Made by a program: the position numbers and the translations under genes. Under the pieces are notes generated by a model, which was not told where the DNA came from, did not search any database, and saw only the letters and a list, made by a program, of their open reading frames with translations. A stretch of 64,000 bases of DNA from Octopus sinensis. Its lineage: Eukaryota. This document shows, piece by piece, positions 43,068-55,740 of the stretch. How positions within the stretch are numbered: the stretch's first letter is position 1; each line of letters begins with the position of its first letter. The DNA lies in the NCBI RefSeq assembly GCF_006345805.1, contig NC_043022.1, positions 13,268,001 to 13,332,000 of the forward strand, written 5' to 3'.

Positions 43068-43306
43068 TTACATTATATATAAGGGCTAGTAAAATAAATT
43101 ACTTTGCCACATACTGAACTCATTAGAAATAGCAGCTAAAGAAATTTCTTCAGCTATTTCTAATACTTAAAGAAGATCTCTCTCAGATAGAGAGAGATCT
43201 TCTTTAAGTATTAGAAATAGCTGAAGAAATTTCTTTAGCTGCTATTTCTAATGAGTTCAGTATGTGGCAAAGTAATTTATTTTACTAAGCCCTTTATATA
43301 ATGTAA
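43068..43306. repeat. Long fold-back palindrome (~117-bp arms, 5-nt loop AGATA at 43185-43189)
   Basis: The arms are nearly perfectly complementary and flanked by (TA)n. Confidence 0.95.
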
Positions 43307-43330
43307 AATTATATATATATCTATATATAT

Positions 43331-43364
<34 letters not shown>

Positions 43365-43577
43365 CATACACATATATATATATAAATATATACACATATA
43401 CTCTTTTACTTGTTTCAGTCATTTGACTGTGGCCATGCTGGAGCACAGCCTTTAGTCGATATATATATATATATACATACATGTCATATATAATATATAA
43501 TATATATATATAGAGAGAGAGAAGAGAGACAGACAGACAGATAGATAGATAGATACAGATATATATATACCCATCTC

Positions 43578-44195
43578 GGATCTTTTCGCTGTGACCGGCA
43601 GATTTTTAAAATAATTTCTTTGTAACTAAAAAATTTTAAACTTCGTATACTGGTAGAATGTGTTTATAAAACATCTTTTTCTCTTGGCTTTGAGAACATT
43701 CTGTAGTTTGTAAGATATTTGTTGTTTATTTTCATTGTAGTTTTGTAAATAGACAGAAATACCTAATAAAATCGACATGTGTCATCTGGATCTAGTCTTT
43801 CATCTCCCATTGATTGTGTTTTTTAAATTTTGTTATTTTAATATATTTGTCTGCAGAAAAATTAAAACAAAACACGCAGGTGAAAAGAATCTCGTTGTGT
43901 GAAGACTCAATTGTAAAAGAATCCACGTTGAACGAACAACGTGCGTCACAGACAACCAACACAGCGTCCTGTTCTCATGGTAACAAGCTGCTAATGTCAC
44001 GCTGTCTGTTGATTGGCTAAAATTACTCAGATTTTACAACCTTAATGCCAAATAACATCAGATTCTTTAATTTATGATATAAAAGTAATTGGTTGATCGT
44101 AATCAAAATTCAGAGTTGTATCGATACACCAGAAATGAAAGCAATCTGAGCTAAATTAAGTGGGGGTTGATTTTGCGAATGAAAAAGACTGGATC
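43578..44195 (+). mobile_element. Element sharing the left ~170 bp with the 47250 MITE
   Basis: Shared block is ggatcttttcgctgtgaccggcag..cttcgtatactggtagaatgtgtttataaaacatc. The right boundary is uncertain. Confidence 0.6.
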
Positions 44196-44277
44196 TCGGA
44201 GGACATCACCCTCCCTGAACTGAGCAACTATCTCACAGACCACAACCTCCTCCCCGTAGAATCTGCACCAGCTAGAC

Positions 44278-44496
44278 CAGTGGTTTTCAACCAGGGTTCC
44301 GTGGAACCTTAGGGTTCCGCCAGTACAGTCCAGGGGTTCCGCAAGAAGTTACAAAACTGCTAAAATCGGCAGTAATTTTTAATTCTCCTGTGCAGATATG
44401 TGTGCATAAGACTATTAAATTATTGCACAGGGGTTCCTCGAGCCAGTGGAATGTTTCCTTGGGGTTCCGCCCCAGCAAAAATGTTGAAAAGCACTG
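44278..44496. mobile_element. hAT (Charlie-like) MITE, 219 bp
   Basis: TIRs are CAGTGGTTTTCAAC / GTTGAAAAGCACTG, with a perfect 8-bp TSD AGCTAGAC at 44270-44277 and 44497-44504. Subterminal gggttccg repeats are present. Confidence 0.92.
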
Positions 44497-44914
44497 AGCT
44501 AGACTACAATTTTGGATGGATAAAAGAGGTGCAACTCTTGTTTAATTTTTGTTTTCTTTTTCCGTTTTAATCCAAATTTTGTCTTCTCGTTCCACTTCTT
44601 CTCATTTCACTTTTTGCACCTACCTTCTCTTTTCAAACAAGCGCGACTATTTGTATTTGCTTGGAGACCCAAGGCACGATATATAAATTTGCGGAATTAT
44701 AGCGTGAAACTATTAGTAGCTCATATTTAAATATTGTGTATACTAAATATTATATATATTTTGCCTTTTAAGTGCTGTGGTTTTACTGGGATCTCCCTTT
44801 TAAGTAGAAAGAATAGCCATAACTCTTTGACTGCTATTTCTAAATTCGGTGTGTGGTGAGGCAAATCGTTGCTAAACCCTTAATTACTTAGTATATATAT
44901 ATATATATATATAT

Positions 44915-45099
44915 AGTGTACATTTAAACACATCAGAGGTATCCGTCATAGGATTCCGTGCACGCTAGAAGGAACAGCTAAAATCCAAACCACTATTAGG
45001 GATAAACTGCGAAGGGAATGAAAAATAAAAACATTTACCATTTATCTCCTGCAAAGGAATCTTATGACGGATACCTCTTAATGTGTTTAAATGTACACT
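44915..45099. repeat. Inverted repeat with ~43-bp arms and a ~98-bp spacer, in a TA-flanked element (44915-45182)
   Basis: Arms are agtgtacatttaaacacatcagaggtatccgtcataggattcc / ggaatcttatgacggatacctcttaatgtgtttaaatgtacact. Confidence 0.9.
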
Positions 45100-45181
45100 G
45101 TATTTATATGAATAATATAAAGTCTATTCACTAAGTTTACTCGCTATCAGGGTAATAAATTCTTTATTCCCTCATATTAAT

Positions 45182-45234
<53 letters not shown>

Positions 45235-45350
45235 ATATAATATATACCGGAGTAAACACATAAATGTGAAACAAGGTGGGGAAAAAGAGTACTCAAACAC
45301 CAGTGTAGAGTAAATATGCTTTATTAAAGCAGCAGAAAATTCAAGAAAAC

Positions 45351-45388
45351 CTGTTACTCTGAGTTTCCCGTTGCCGTTCATCGGACAG
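45351..45388 (-). ncRNA. Minimal type I hammerhead ribozyme fold in a Penelope-like terminal repeat (element ~45246-45445)
   Basis: The minus strand reads CUGU-CCGAUGA-ACGGCAACGG-GAAA-CUC A GAG-UA-ACAG. Stem I is CUGU/ACAG, the core is C(C)GAUGA..GAAA..UA, stem III is CUC/GAG, and stem II is weak. Confidence 0.65.
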
Positions 45389-46532
45389 CAACGGCAAACT
45401 CAGAGTAACAGGTTTTGTTGAATTTTCAGCTGCTTTAAATAAAGTATATATATATATATCTTAGAGAGAAAGATGGTGAACTCTTTTTATTCGCTTGATG
45501 GCATCAAGAATTATTAGCTTGCTCTCATCACCAAAAAATGTATAACTGTGTATTTAGCCTTGCTTATTCCCACCAACAAACCCATGCTAATCTACTCGAG
45601 GTTTCTGAACTATAATTAGGTTAGCGTTAGATTTGGTGATATCCATTAATTTTATATTTTGCTTTCTATATTTTTAACTGGGGAAATAAGTCAAGCGTCT
45701 GAGTGAAATCAGGGTATATTTTCAAACATATAATATATATAAATATATGATCAGCACAGTTGGAGAAATTAAGCCTCATATTCAGTACAGTCATACTGTC
45801 CATGGCTGTAGTGAGTAACACTCCTTATCATTATAAACAGGTATCTTTGGGTTTTTATATATACAGATCCATCATTTGAAAAAGTAGCGTATGAACGAAC
45901 TCGTATGATTATTGTGTTTTTAGCTGACAGAGTTGTGTTGAAAATCCTTCTATGGCAATGGAGAAATGTAACAGTAATCCTATCCCAGTATAGTCAAGTC
46001 TGAAATGCTGTATATGTTTCTTCTCTAGGGTCACAAGCAGTTTATAAGTATATTAAGGTCAGAGATATAGACAGACAGACGAATCAGGCAGAGTACCGCG
46101 AGAATGGAAAAAAAACGTCGGCGATGTCGGTTTTTTTTATCACCTAAATATGCCGTCCAACAGTTTTAAAATATACAAATATATATTCTTTAAACAATTT
46201 TAAGCTTCAGAAGTAAACAAGTAAATAGTTTCATTTATTTTTCTATATATTTTCCCAGAATTGAGAGAGATTTATACTTGAATATCAGAGAGAAAATTTA
46301 GAAAACTAGGATAGGTTTAGTTTGTTAATAGTTTTGCCTGTTGAAGTGAGGAGGAAGGCGGGAGAGTGTTTGAGAAATTAGGACACTCTCAAGGGTTTTA
46401 TTTATTCAGTTTTTTTCCGTTCTTCTTCCTGTTGTTATAGAAACTGCCAGGGAAAACAGAAGATAAAAAGCGAGGCGGGATAAGAAAATTTTACGTTGCG
46501 ATAATTTCAAATATGTGTGTCTGTGTGTATAT

Positions 46533-46820
46533 ATTCTTTTATTCTTTTACTTGTTTCAATCATTTGACTGCGGCCATGCTGGAGTACCGCCTTTAGTCGA
46601 ACAAACTGGACTCCCAGGACTTATTCTTTGTTAGCCTAGTACTTATTCTATCGGTCTGTTTTGCCGAACCGCTAAGTTTCCGTCTACCAAATCCGCTCAC
46701 AGGGCTTTGGTTAGGCCGCGGCTATAGAAGAAGACACTTGCCCAAGGTGCCACGCAGTGGGATAGAACCCGGAACCATATGGTAGGTAAGCAAGCTACTT
46801 ACCACACAGCCACCCCTACG

Positions 46821-46823
<3 letters not shown>
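46533..46823 (-). mobile_element. SINE family 1, internally deleted
   Basis: The tail and head are present, joined at gctaagtttccgtctacc. Confidence 0.85.
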
Positions 46824-46874
<51 letters not shown>

Positions 46875-46891
46875 ATATATATTATATTATA

Positions 46892-46997
<106 letters not shown>

Positions 46998-47249
46998 TAC
47001 AGTTATACACAGACACATACACACAAAGAGGTTTCATATATGTGTATGTGTATATGCATTTCTATGCACATCGGCACACCTATACAAAGTAAAACGTTTA
47101 TGCAAATATAAGTGTATTTGGAGAATGAGAGAGAGAGAAGCAAAGAAAAAAGAAGAAAATTAGAAATAGCGGAGGTACACGGGGAGAGAAAGATGTTAGT
47201 ATACAGGAGAATGAAAAAGAATAGAAAATATATACAATGAGAGATGGTA

Positions 47250-47647
47250 GATCTTTTCAGTTTGAACGGCAGTTTTTTAAAATAATTTCCACGTAACTAA
47301 ACATTTTTAAGCTTCGTATACTGGTAGAATGTGTTTATAAAACATCTTTTTCTCTTGGCTTTATTGAGAAAATTCTATACTTTGTAAGATATTTGTTGTT
47401 GTTTTTCTTCAATTTCTGCAATTTCAACCAATCAATGACGTCTATTGAGGTGAAAACATTCTGTGCCGTATGAATATGTCCCTCATTTAAGAAAAAGATT
47501 GGGTTTATTTACATTTCTGAAGAAAAAAGATACCCTTCCCTCCACCCCTAACCCTAAAACAGATTGAAATGCAATAGATCGATACTAGGGTCATAATTAT
47601 GGGTGACAATTTCATATGACACCGCTGCCGGTCAAACCGAAAAGATC
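47250..47647. mobile_element. MITE with ~23-bp TIRs
   Basis: Ends are GATCTTTTCAGTTTGAACGGCAG ... CTGCCGGTCAAACCGAAAAGATC. A related left end occurs at 43578 and a 53-bp mini-derivative at 53468-53520. Confidence 0.8.
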
Positions 47648-48229
47648 CCTTTGGGATATTTTTCAGTGATATAAGTGCCACAGTATCTACATAAAAAAAA
47701 CATAAGAGAGTCCGTACTCTGGCGTACTTTACCGATCAGTGCCGAGCACTACGTCTCAACGAAGTCGCTCAACAATCTTAAGAATAGTTGCGGTCATGTG
47801 TCTCAAATGATGACCAATGTTTTAAAAACGGTGACATGGTGTCGGCTGGAACGCTTTTGACAATAAAGCTGTTCGTTGCATCATGGCCGACCTGTGGTTA
47901 AACAAACAACACATCACGTGATAATGTATCATTGTATAGTGCAGTACTACTTACAAGCAATTGCCAATAGTACAGTCGCTGTACTATTGGTGATTGTTAG
48001 TAATGGTACTGTTTATAGCACCATTAAACACGCACTCACCCGTACACGTGCACGTATATACATACAAGTATACAGACAAGTAGAGACTGCCATCTATACA
48101 TAAATATTCATACTTATTTGTCCTCTTTAATATTGAAACTATTTCAATATACATGTGCTCGTTACGCACGATAAAAGATACACACACAATACATATATAT
48201 ATAAGTATAGATACATACATTTTTTTTAC

Positions 48230-48293
<64 letters not shown>

Positions 48294-48327
48294 TATATTA
48301 TATATATATATCTATAATATATATATA

Positions 48328-48708
48328 GGCGCAGAGTGGCTGTGTGGTAAGTAGCTGTTTACCAACCACATGGCTCCGGGTTCAGTCCCACTGCGTGGCA
48401 CTTTGGGCAAGTGTCTTCTACTATAGCCTCGGGTCGACCAATGCCTTGTGAGTGGATTTGGTAGACGGAAACTGAAAGAAGCCCGTCGTATATATGTATA
48501 TATATATACGTGTGTGTGTTTGTCCCCCTAGCATTGCTTGACAACCGATGCTGGTGTGTTTATGTCCCCGTTACTTAGCGGTTCGGCAAAAGAGACCGAT
48601 AGAATGAGTACTGGGCTTACAAAAGAATAAGTCCCGGGGTCGAGTTGCTCGATTAAAGGCGGTGCTCCAGCATGGCCGCAGTCAAATGACTGAAACAAGT
48701 AAAAGAGT
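48328..48708 (+). mobile_element. Full-length tRNA-derived SINE, family 1 (the dominant SINE in this window)
   Basis: The head ggcgcagagtggctgtgtggtaag..gggttcagtccc has A/B-box-like motifs. It is followed by ttgggcaagtgtct, an internal (TA)/(TG) tract and the tail gcatggccgcagtcaaatgactgaaacaagtaaaagag. Confidence 0.9.
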
Positions 48709-48717
48709 ATATATATA

Positions 48718-49373
48718 TTGTTGGCATCCTTTTTGTCTCGGGAGACAATGGAGTTGCGCATAAAATAGTCTAGTCCGGCTGATACATTTCCTGCTGTGGC
48801 TGTGTAGTCCTATCCTGGACAAACACTCCCTCTGGCAGGTACCGCAAATGTAGCGAAGACTGTTCCTGGCTGGTTGTAATGCCATAGTTTCTTGTTGACG
48901 TCTTTTCTTGTCTTTCCATTTCTCCTCTCTCTCTCTCTCTCTCTGTCACTCCTTTGTATTCCCTCTCTTACGGTACGTCGCCAGTCTCCACGGTTGCCGG
49001 CAACTGCCTCCCAACCGCTAATATTGATGTTGCAGGCCTTCATGTCCCTTTTGCAAACATCCTTGTAACGTAAGAACAGTCTTCCCACAGACCTAGTACC
49101 CCTAGCAAGCTCTCCGTAGAGTATGTCCTTGGGGATTCTGCCATCTTTCATACGGCTAACATGCCCAAGTCATCTCATACGTCTTTGTGTGAGGGGTGCA
49201 AACATGCTTGGTATTCCGGCTTGCCTGAGGACATCTTTGTTGGGGATATGGTTCTGCCATTTGATGCGGAGGATTTTCCGGAGGCAGCGCAGGTGAAAGA
49301 TGTTTAGGCGACGCTCTTGGCGTGTGTATAGCGTCCAAGTCTCACTTCCATACAGTAGAGTGCTAAGTACACA
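48718..49373 (-). mobile_element. 5'-truncated RTE-clade (BovB-like) LINE, inactive
   Basis: The minus strand gives CVLSTLLYGSETWTLY..RRLNIFHLRCLRKIL..R*LGHVSRMKDGRIPKDILYGEL..RYKDVCKRDMK and a C-terminal CGTCQRECLSRIGLHSHSRKC. It has an in-frame TGA in the RWLGH motif and a frameshift near a (GA)n tract. Confidence 0.93.
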
Positions 49374-49962
49374 TTCGCCATGATAGATCGGTAGCCACTA
49401 CACACATTTCTTTTCTCTCCTTGTTTCTTTCTGTGAAAGAGCGTAGGCTCGAAACGTTAAAAACTTTTTCAATTCCTGAGCGTTATACTAATACATCTGA
49501 TTGTTTTCTACACCACCTGTCTTCGTCTTTTTTTTCCGTGAATTCTTCCCAATATATATGCGTACGTGTATGAAACAATTGTATACGCATACCATCCCTT
49601 ATTTGCCATTTAAACAAGTGTGTTCACCTGAAATAACTACTGGAATTGATATAATCAGCTAAACTCCTTGAAGTCAATACTCCAGCATGGTCGCAGCGCA
49701 ATGACTGAAATTCGTTGTTTATCTATGCGTATGTATGTATAATAGTATGCATGTATATATGTGTAGGTGTATGTATGTATATATGTGCATATATACGTAC
49801 GCTGTACAACCTATGAGAGAGAGAGAGATAACCACTATGTGGTCGCTATAGCAGCAAAATCTCCCTTAATACCCAGTCGTCTTGGAAAACGGACGCACAT
49901 AATATAATGTATTTTTCAATATATGTGTGTGTGTGTGGCTAAACAAGTAGTATATATATACA

Positions 49963-50382
49963 CTTTACTCTTTTACTTGTTTCAGTCATTTGACTGTGGC
50001 CGTGCTGGAGCACCGCCTTTAGTCGAGTAAATCGAAACCAGGACTTATTCTTATTGCAAGCCTAGTACTTATTCTATCGGAATCTTTTGCCGAACCGCTA
50101 AGTTACGGGGACGTAAACACACCAGCACCGGTTGTCAAGCAATGTTGGGGTAACAAACACAGACACACAAACATACACATACACACACACAAAGTCATAC
50201 ATTTATATGTATATATATCTATATATATATATATATACGACGGGCTTCTTTCAGTTTCCGTCTACCAAATCCACTCACAAGTCTTTGGTCGGCCGAGGCT
50301 ATAGAAGACATTTGCCCAAGGTGCCACGCAGTGGGGCTGAACCCGGAACCATGTGGTTCGTAAGCAAGCTACTTACCACACA
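49963..50382 (-). mobile_element. SINE family 1, near full length
   Basis: Reverse complement of the 48328 copy. Confidence 0.88.
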
Positions 50383-50428
50383 CACATATATACATATATA
50401 TATATATATATGTGTGTGTGTGTATGTA

Positions 50429-50486
<58 letters not shown>

Positions 50487-51439
50487 GTTGTGTGTGTGTG
50501 TGTGTGTGTGTGTGAGTAAGTATGTATATATATATATATATATATATACATACACACACATACAAATGTATATATACTATTGCTACTGCTATATAATATA
50601 CTGATATAAGAAACATATATACATTCACCCTTTCTATAACAAAAATAACATCTGTATGTAATGTACAGTATCTGCAACATACACATTTTATACAAGCATG
50701 TATATAATATATGGTGACTACACACATTTGTATACCAACGACCGCAATCAAAACATATATACGCATTTACATTAGAACCATCATAACCATCACCACTATC
50801 ATGACAAGCTTGCTCAGATTACATTAAAATACACATGGTTAATCGACGTATATATATATATACTGACTTTAGTTAAAGCATATACACACACGATATACTA
50901 CATATGTAGTTGCTAGACGTGCTGGAAATAGCAGCCAAATCTCCCTAAAATTATATCCTTACAGTCTTAACAAATAACAAAAGGCTGTCTAGAAAAAGAA
51001 ACGATCCCTCATCTTAAATCAGTGCCGACTTGAGGAGACATACACAGGCATATATATACACACAAGAATATATACAGACATATGCATATATGTTACTATA
51101 TAACACATATACTTACACGTACGTATTTATATTCTAACATATATATGTGTGTGTCTGTGCGTGTGTCTATATATATAGTCATACATTTATATGTATGTAT
51201 GAATTATATATATACACTCACAGACAAAAATATACTCAGCACCTCTCCACACAAGCGTACGCATATTTTATGTATATAATATAACATGTATGTACGTATA
51301 TAATATATCTATGTATGTGTATAATACACATACACACACACACATATATATATACTCTTTACTCTTTTACTTGTTTCAGTCATTTGACTGCGGTCATGCT
51401 GGAGCACCGCCTTTAGTCGAGCAAATCGACCCCGGGACT

Positions 51440-51513
<74 letters not shown>

Positions 51514-51552
51514 TACATATACCTGCATACAGCCGACAACACACATGTATAT

Positions 51553-51593
<41 letters not shown>

Positions 51594-52970
51594 TACATAT
51601 ACCTGCATACAACCGACAAACACACATGTATATATACACATATATGTATGTACATAACTGTAGATATAGATAGACAGCATGTTAAATTGGAAAATAGTCA
51701 TGTGTGAAGATATATACACACACACACATGCATATATATACATATACACGAATGTATGCAGATATAAACACACACATATAGAGAGACAATGTACTTTAAA
51801 GTTCCTTTTAATATATGAACTAGCATCTCTCAGCACACATCCACATTTATATACATATACCTCAATATATAGACACGCAAATGTACCCCAAATAGGGCCG
51901 CATACATACACATATTTACATACATACATTATATATATACACACACACACACACAATGCCCTTTAATGCCTACCAGCAGGAAAGCCAGTTATTTCTCTAT
52001 CCCCCTCTCTCTATATATATCTTTCTATCTAATCTGAGTGTCTTACATTGTCACTCATTCCCTCTCTATCTCTATCTTTCACTCAGTTTCCCTCCTCCTC
52101 CTCTCGTTATATCTATCATTATTTCTTTTCCTCTCTTCTGCTTTCTGTCTTTCATTTTTTCCCCCCTCTCTATGTCTATATCTCTTACTTTTTCTCTTTT
52201 TATCTCTCTCTTTCTCTTGTCTATCTTTCACTTCTCCCCTTCCTCTCTCTTCTAATTTGGTTTTACTAAAATAGCTTTCTTTTGACGCCGCCAAAAACTG
52301 CTGACAATCTTACGTCTCCTCTTCCCTCTACCTGAACCTTCCACGTATATCCCTACCACCACCACTTACACCACTACCACTGCCGTTACCGCCATCGCCA
52401 CCACCATCACCACTACAACAACAATCACCTCCAACACTCCCCTTACCACCATTATTACCGCCACTTCCCCCTCACCAACATCACCGCTACCCCCCACCTC
52501 CAACACCACTTCACCACTACCACTACCACCACAACAATCACACCACCATTATCACCATCTCCACCATTACCACTACTACTACTACTACACATTCCTATTG
52601 ACTTCGCCATCTGCTGTCTTCACACAAGCACGCGCATATATAGACACACACACACACACATAGGAACACATACATATATATATATACATATATTATACAC
52701 ACACACACTTCTACGGCAGTTGTTTATCATATCCTTCTACAGTGTGTATATATACATATGTATGCATACACACATACACATTGCTCTGGATGTATATGTG
52801 TGTGTTTATAGCCGTATAAAGATTAAATATAAACGCATGTAGAAGACACCCCCTACTCACTCCCAGAGACAAACAGACAGCCACACACACACACACACAC
52901 ACATGTATATATATACACATATTGCTCTCTGTATATATTTTAAATATATATACATACACATATATGTGTG

Positions 52971-53011
<41 letters not shown>

Positions 53012-53528
53012 ACACACATACTTGACTCATTCCGTGTCTCTACTTTTAACTTTTACTTTTTCCAGTCATTATTGGACTGTGGCCATGCTGGGGCACTCAC
53101 TGCCCTGAAGGGTTTCAACTACAACAATTGGACCTCAGTACTTGTTTTTTAAAAATCTATAATGTATATACGCGTACGCTTGTACATCCAAACGGAAGCA
53201 AACTATACTCCTTCGTTATTTAGTTTCGTATATATATATATATATGTCTATATGAGAAAAGTTTAACGATGGAGTACTTACAAACCACGACTACATAATA
53301 ATTTAAAAGCCGAGTTTCATACAGAAATACCATGCCCAAGACTCGACCTTGTATAAGTTTCCATCGATTAAAAAATAAATGCATATATGAGCGCGTATAT
53401 GTGATATAAATATAATATATTCAAATAATATGTATGTATATTATATATATATATATATATACACACGGGATCTTTTCCTTTTGAACGGCAGTTTTCAAAA
53501 CAATTTCTAGGAAAAGATCCTACACAAG

Positions 53529-53583
<55 letters not shown>

Positions 53584-54063
53584 GCACGTACCATTTATAA
53601 ATTTCATTATTCTCTATTATCACAACTGTCTGACGAACGGTCACATGTAACTGTGTAACATTTGAATTTTTCGGCTTAATAAAATGGGTGTGTATATATA
53701 TATGTATATGTAGATATATATAAACATTCATACATACACATATATTGAGAGAAAGTTGGGTGTATGTATGTTTATGTATTAGCTACGTCTGCAGGAAGAC
53801 TGCCTATGGATGGCTTTGGACAGACTTGATGCCGTCTGGCCCCTTAGCGCTCCTCTTAAAAAAAAAAGTATGTGTGGAAGAGGAATTACATAGGACCAAT
53901 TTTCTGGGAAGAATTGGATATCGTAATGTTTTGAACGGTACCTTGGGTGCTAAGCATCATACGAACGCAAGAATACATACATATGTATGTATTTTATACA
54001 TATATACTCATGCTTTTTGTCTGCATATATATATATATGTGTGTGTGTATACGTGTACATACT

Positions 54064-54424
54064 TGGTAAGTAGCTTGCTTACCAACCACATGGTTCCGGG
54101 TTCAGTCCCACAGCGTGGCACCTTGAGCAAGTGTCTTCTAAAATAGCCTGGTGCCGACCAAAGCCTTGTGAGTAGATTTGGTAGACGGAAACTGAAAGAA
54201 GCTCGTCGTATATATGTATGTGTGTGTGTGTGTGTATGTTTGTGTCCCACCCCCAACATCGCTCGAGAACCGATGCTGGTGTGTTTACGTTCCCGTAACT
54301 TAGCGGTTTGGCAAAAGGAGAACGATAGAATAAGTACTAGGCTTACAAAGAATAAGTCTGGGTTCGATTTGCTCGACTAAAGGCGCTGCTCCAGCATGGC
54401 CGCAGTCAAATGACTGAAACAAGT
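54064..54424 (+). mobile_element. SINE family 1, near full length
   Basis: Same head, body and tail as 48328. Confidence 0.88.
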
Positions 54425-54529
54425 ATGTAATGTATATGTACACACATCTATATATATACATACACTTCATCTATGTGTGTATGTATTTGTGCGTGAGTTT
54501 AGTGTGACTATATATATATATATATATAT

Positions 54530-54563
54530 GTTAGATAGATAGATAGATAGATAGACAGATAGG

Positions 54564-54603
<40 letters not shown>

Positions 54604-54616
54604 CAGATAGGTAGAC

Positions 54617-54691
<75 letters not shown>

Positions 54692-54710
54692 AGATAGATA
54701 GATAGACATA
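54530..54710. repeat. (GATA)n microsatellite
   Basis: Direct inspection. Confidence 0.95.
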
Positions 54711-55637
54711 TAGATTAAACACAGCGTATTATAATAATATAATAATGTATATTAATATTCTCGTCACATCAACCTGTGGTTTTAATAAAATTGTGCAGAT
54801 TGAAAGAAGAAAAAGCTCGCAACATCAAAATTACCAACAGATTGAAAGATGAAAAAGAAAGCGGGAACTGACAGAATGTCCTACTTTCTGACTCTCTATG
54901 CTCCTCCTCCTCTTTCTCCTTCTCCTCCGCATTCCTCTACTTTCAGCTCCCTGATTATATTATAGTTTAACCGCCGTCTCTGTACCTTCTCTCTCCCTTG
55001 AGCTTCTCTCCAAGGCAAGAGACGATGAGTGAGGTATGGGTCGTTATACTAGAAATGCAATGGCGGAGGTGGAAGAAACGACGGCTGTTAGAAATTGAAC
55101 TCAACGCCCTCCCCACCTTATTTCTGTTTACTAGATTCTATTGCTGCTTTTATTATTTCTATTCATACAATACTAAACCATACTATTTCTATACTATCAA
55201 CGATAATGCCTCGATTCTAACACAGAAATACACTTAAGTAGGTATGCGTGTATAGTGACGTGTAATGCCATACTGTAACCGTATACAATAATGCATATGG
55301 ATGTGTACAAGTCTTAAAGTGGCTCAGAAGACGAAAGAGAGAAAAAGTGAATGAATGTTAGCTATAAACATAAAGCTGAATCAAAACATATTGTTCGTAA
55401 ACATTCGCATGAAATGAAACACAGGCGAAATGTTTTACGCACGCACGCACTCACGACTGCGGTTCGCTTTGCAACTGTTCCCGTTTAGTAGTTTCGGGTT
55501 CAGTTCCACAGCTATACAAAAGCCCGCCATGTATATATATATATATATGTTTGTTTAATTTTGTTTATTTTAGTAGTTTTGACCGCATTGGTCCCTCTTA
55601 GCGTGTGGTATCTACGAATAGTAGTACCCTCAATATA

Positions 55638-55675
<38 letters not shown>

Positions 55676-55700
55676 CACCTTCTCCATTTTCTCTCCTTGT

Positions 55701-55740
55701 TTCTTTCTGTGGAAGAGCGTAGGCTCGAAACGTTAAAGAC
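55701..55740 (+). ncRNA. Variant minimal hammerhead-like fold in a Penelope-like terminal repeat (copies at 49426-49463 and ~57064-57100)
   Basis: The fold is UCUUU-CUGUGGAA-GAGC GUAG GCUC-GAAA-CG-UU-AAAGA. Stems I and II are intact, stem III is the palindrome AACGUU, and the 5' core is non-canonical. Confidence 0.5.

Noticed and set aside
46029-46150. Possible amidohydrolase exon 2 after ttcttctctag (other AG|G sites at ~35140, ~38137 and ~63009 also tried)
   Set aside because: The translations do not resemble the family sequence expected after GSAG, and several hit stop codons.
47543-47560. Telomere-like ACCCTA repeats
   Set aside because: There are only two units, and they are internal to a MITE.
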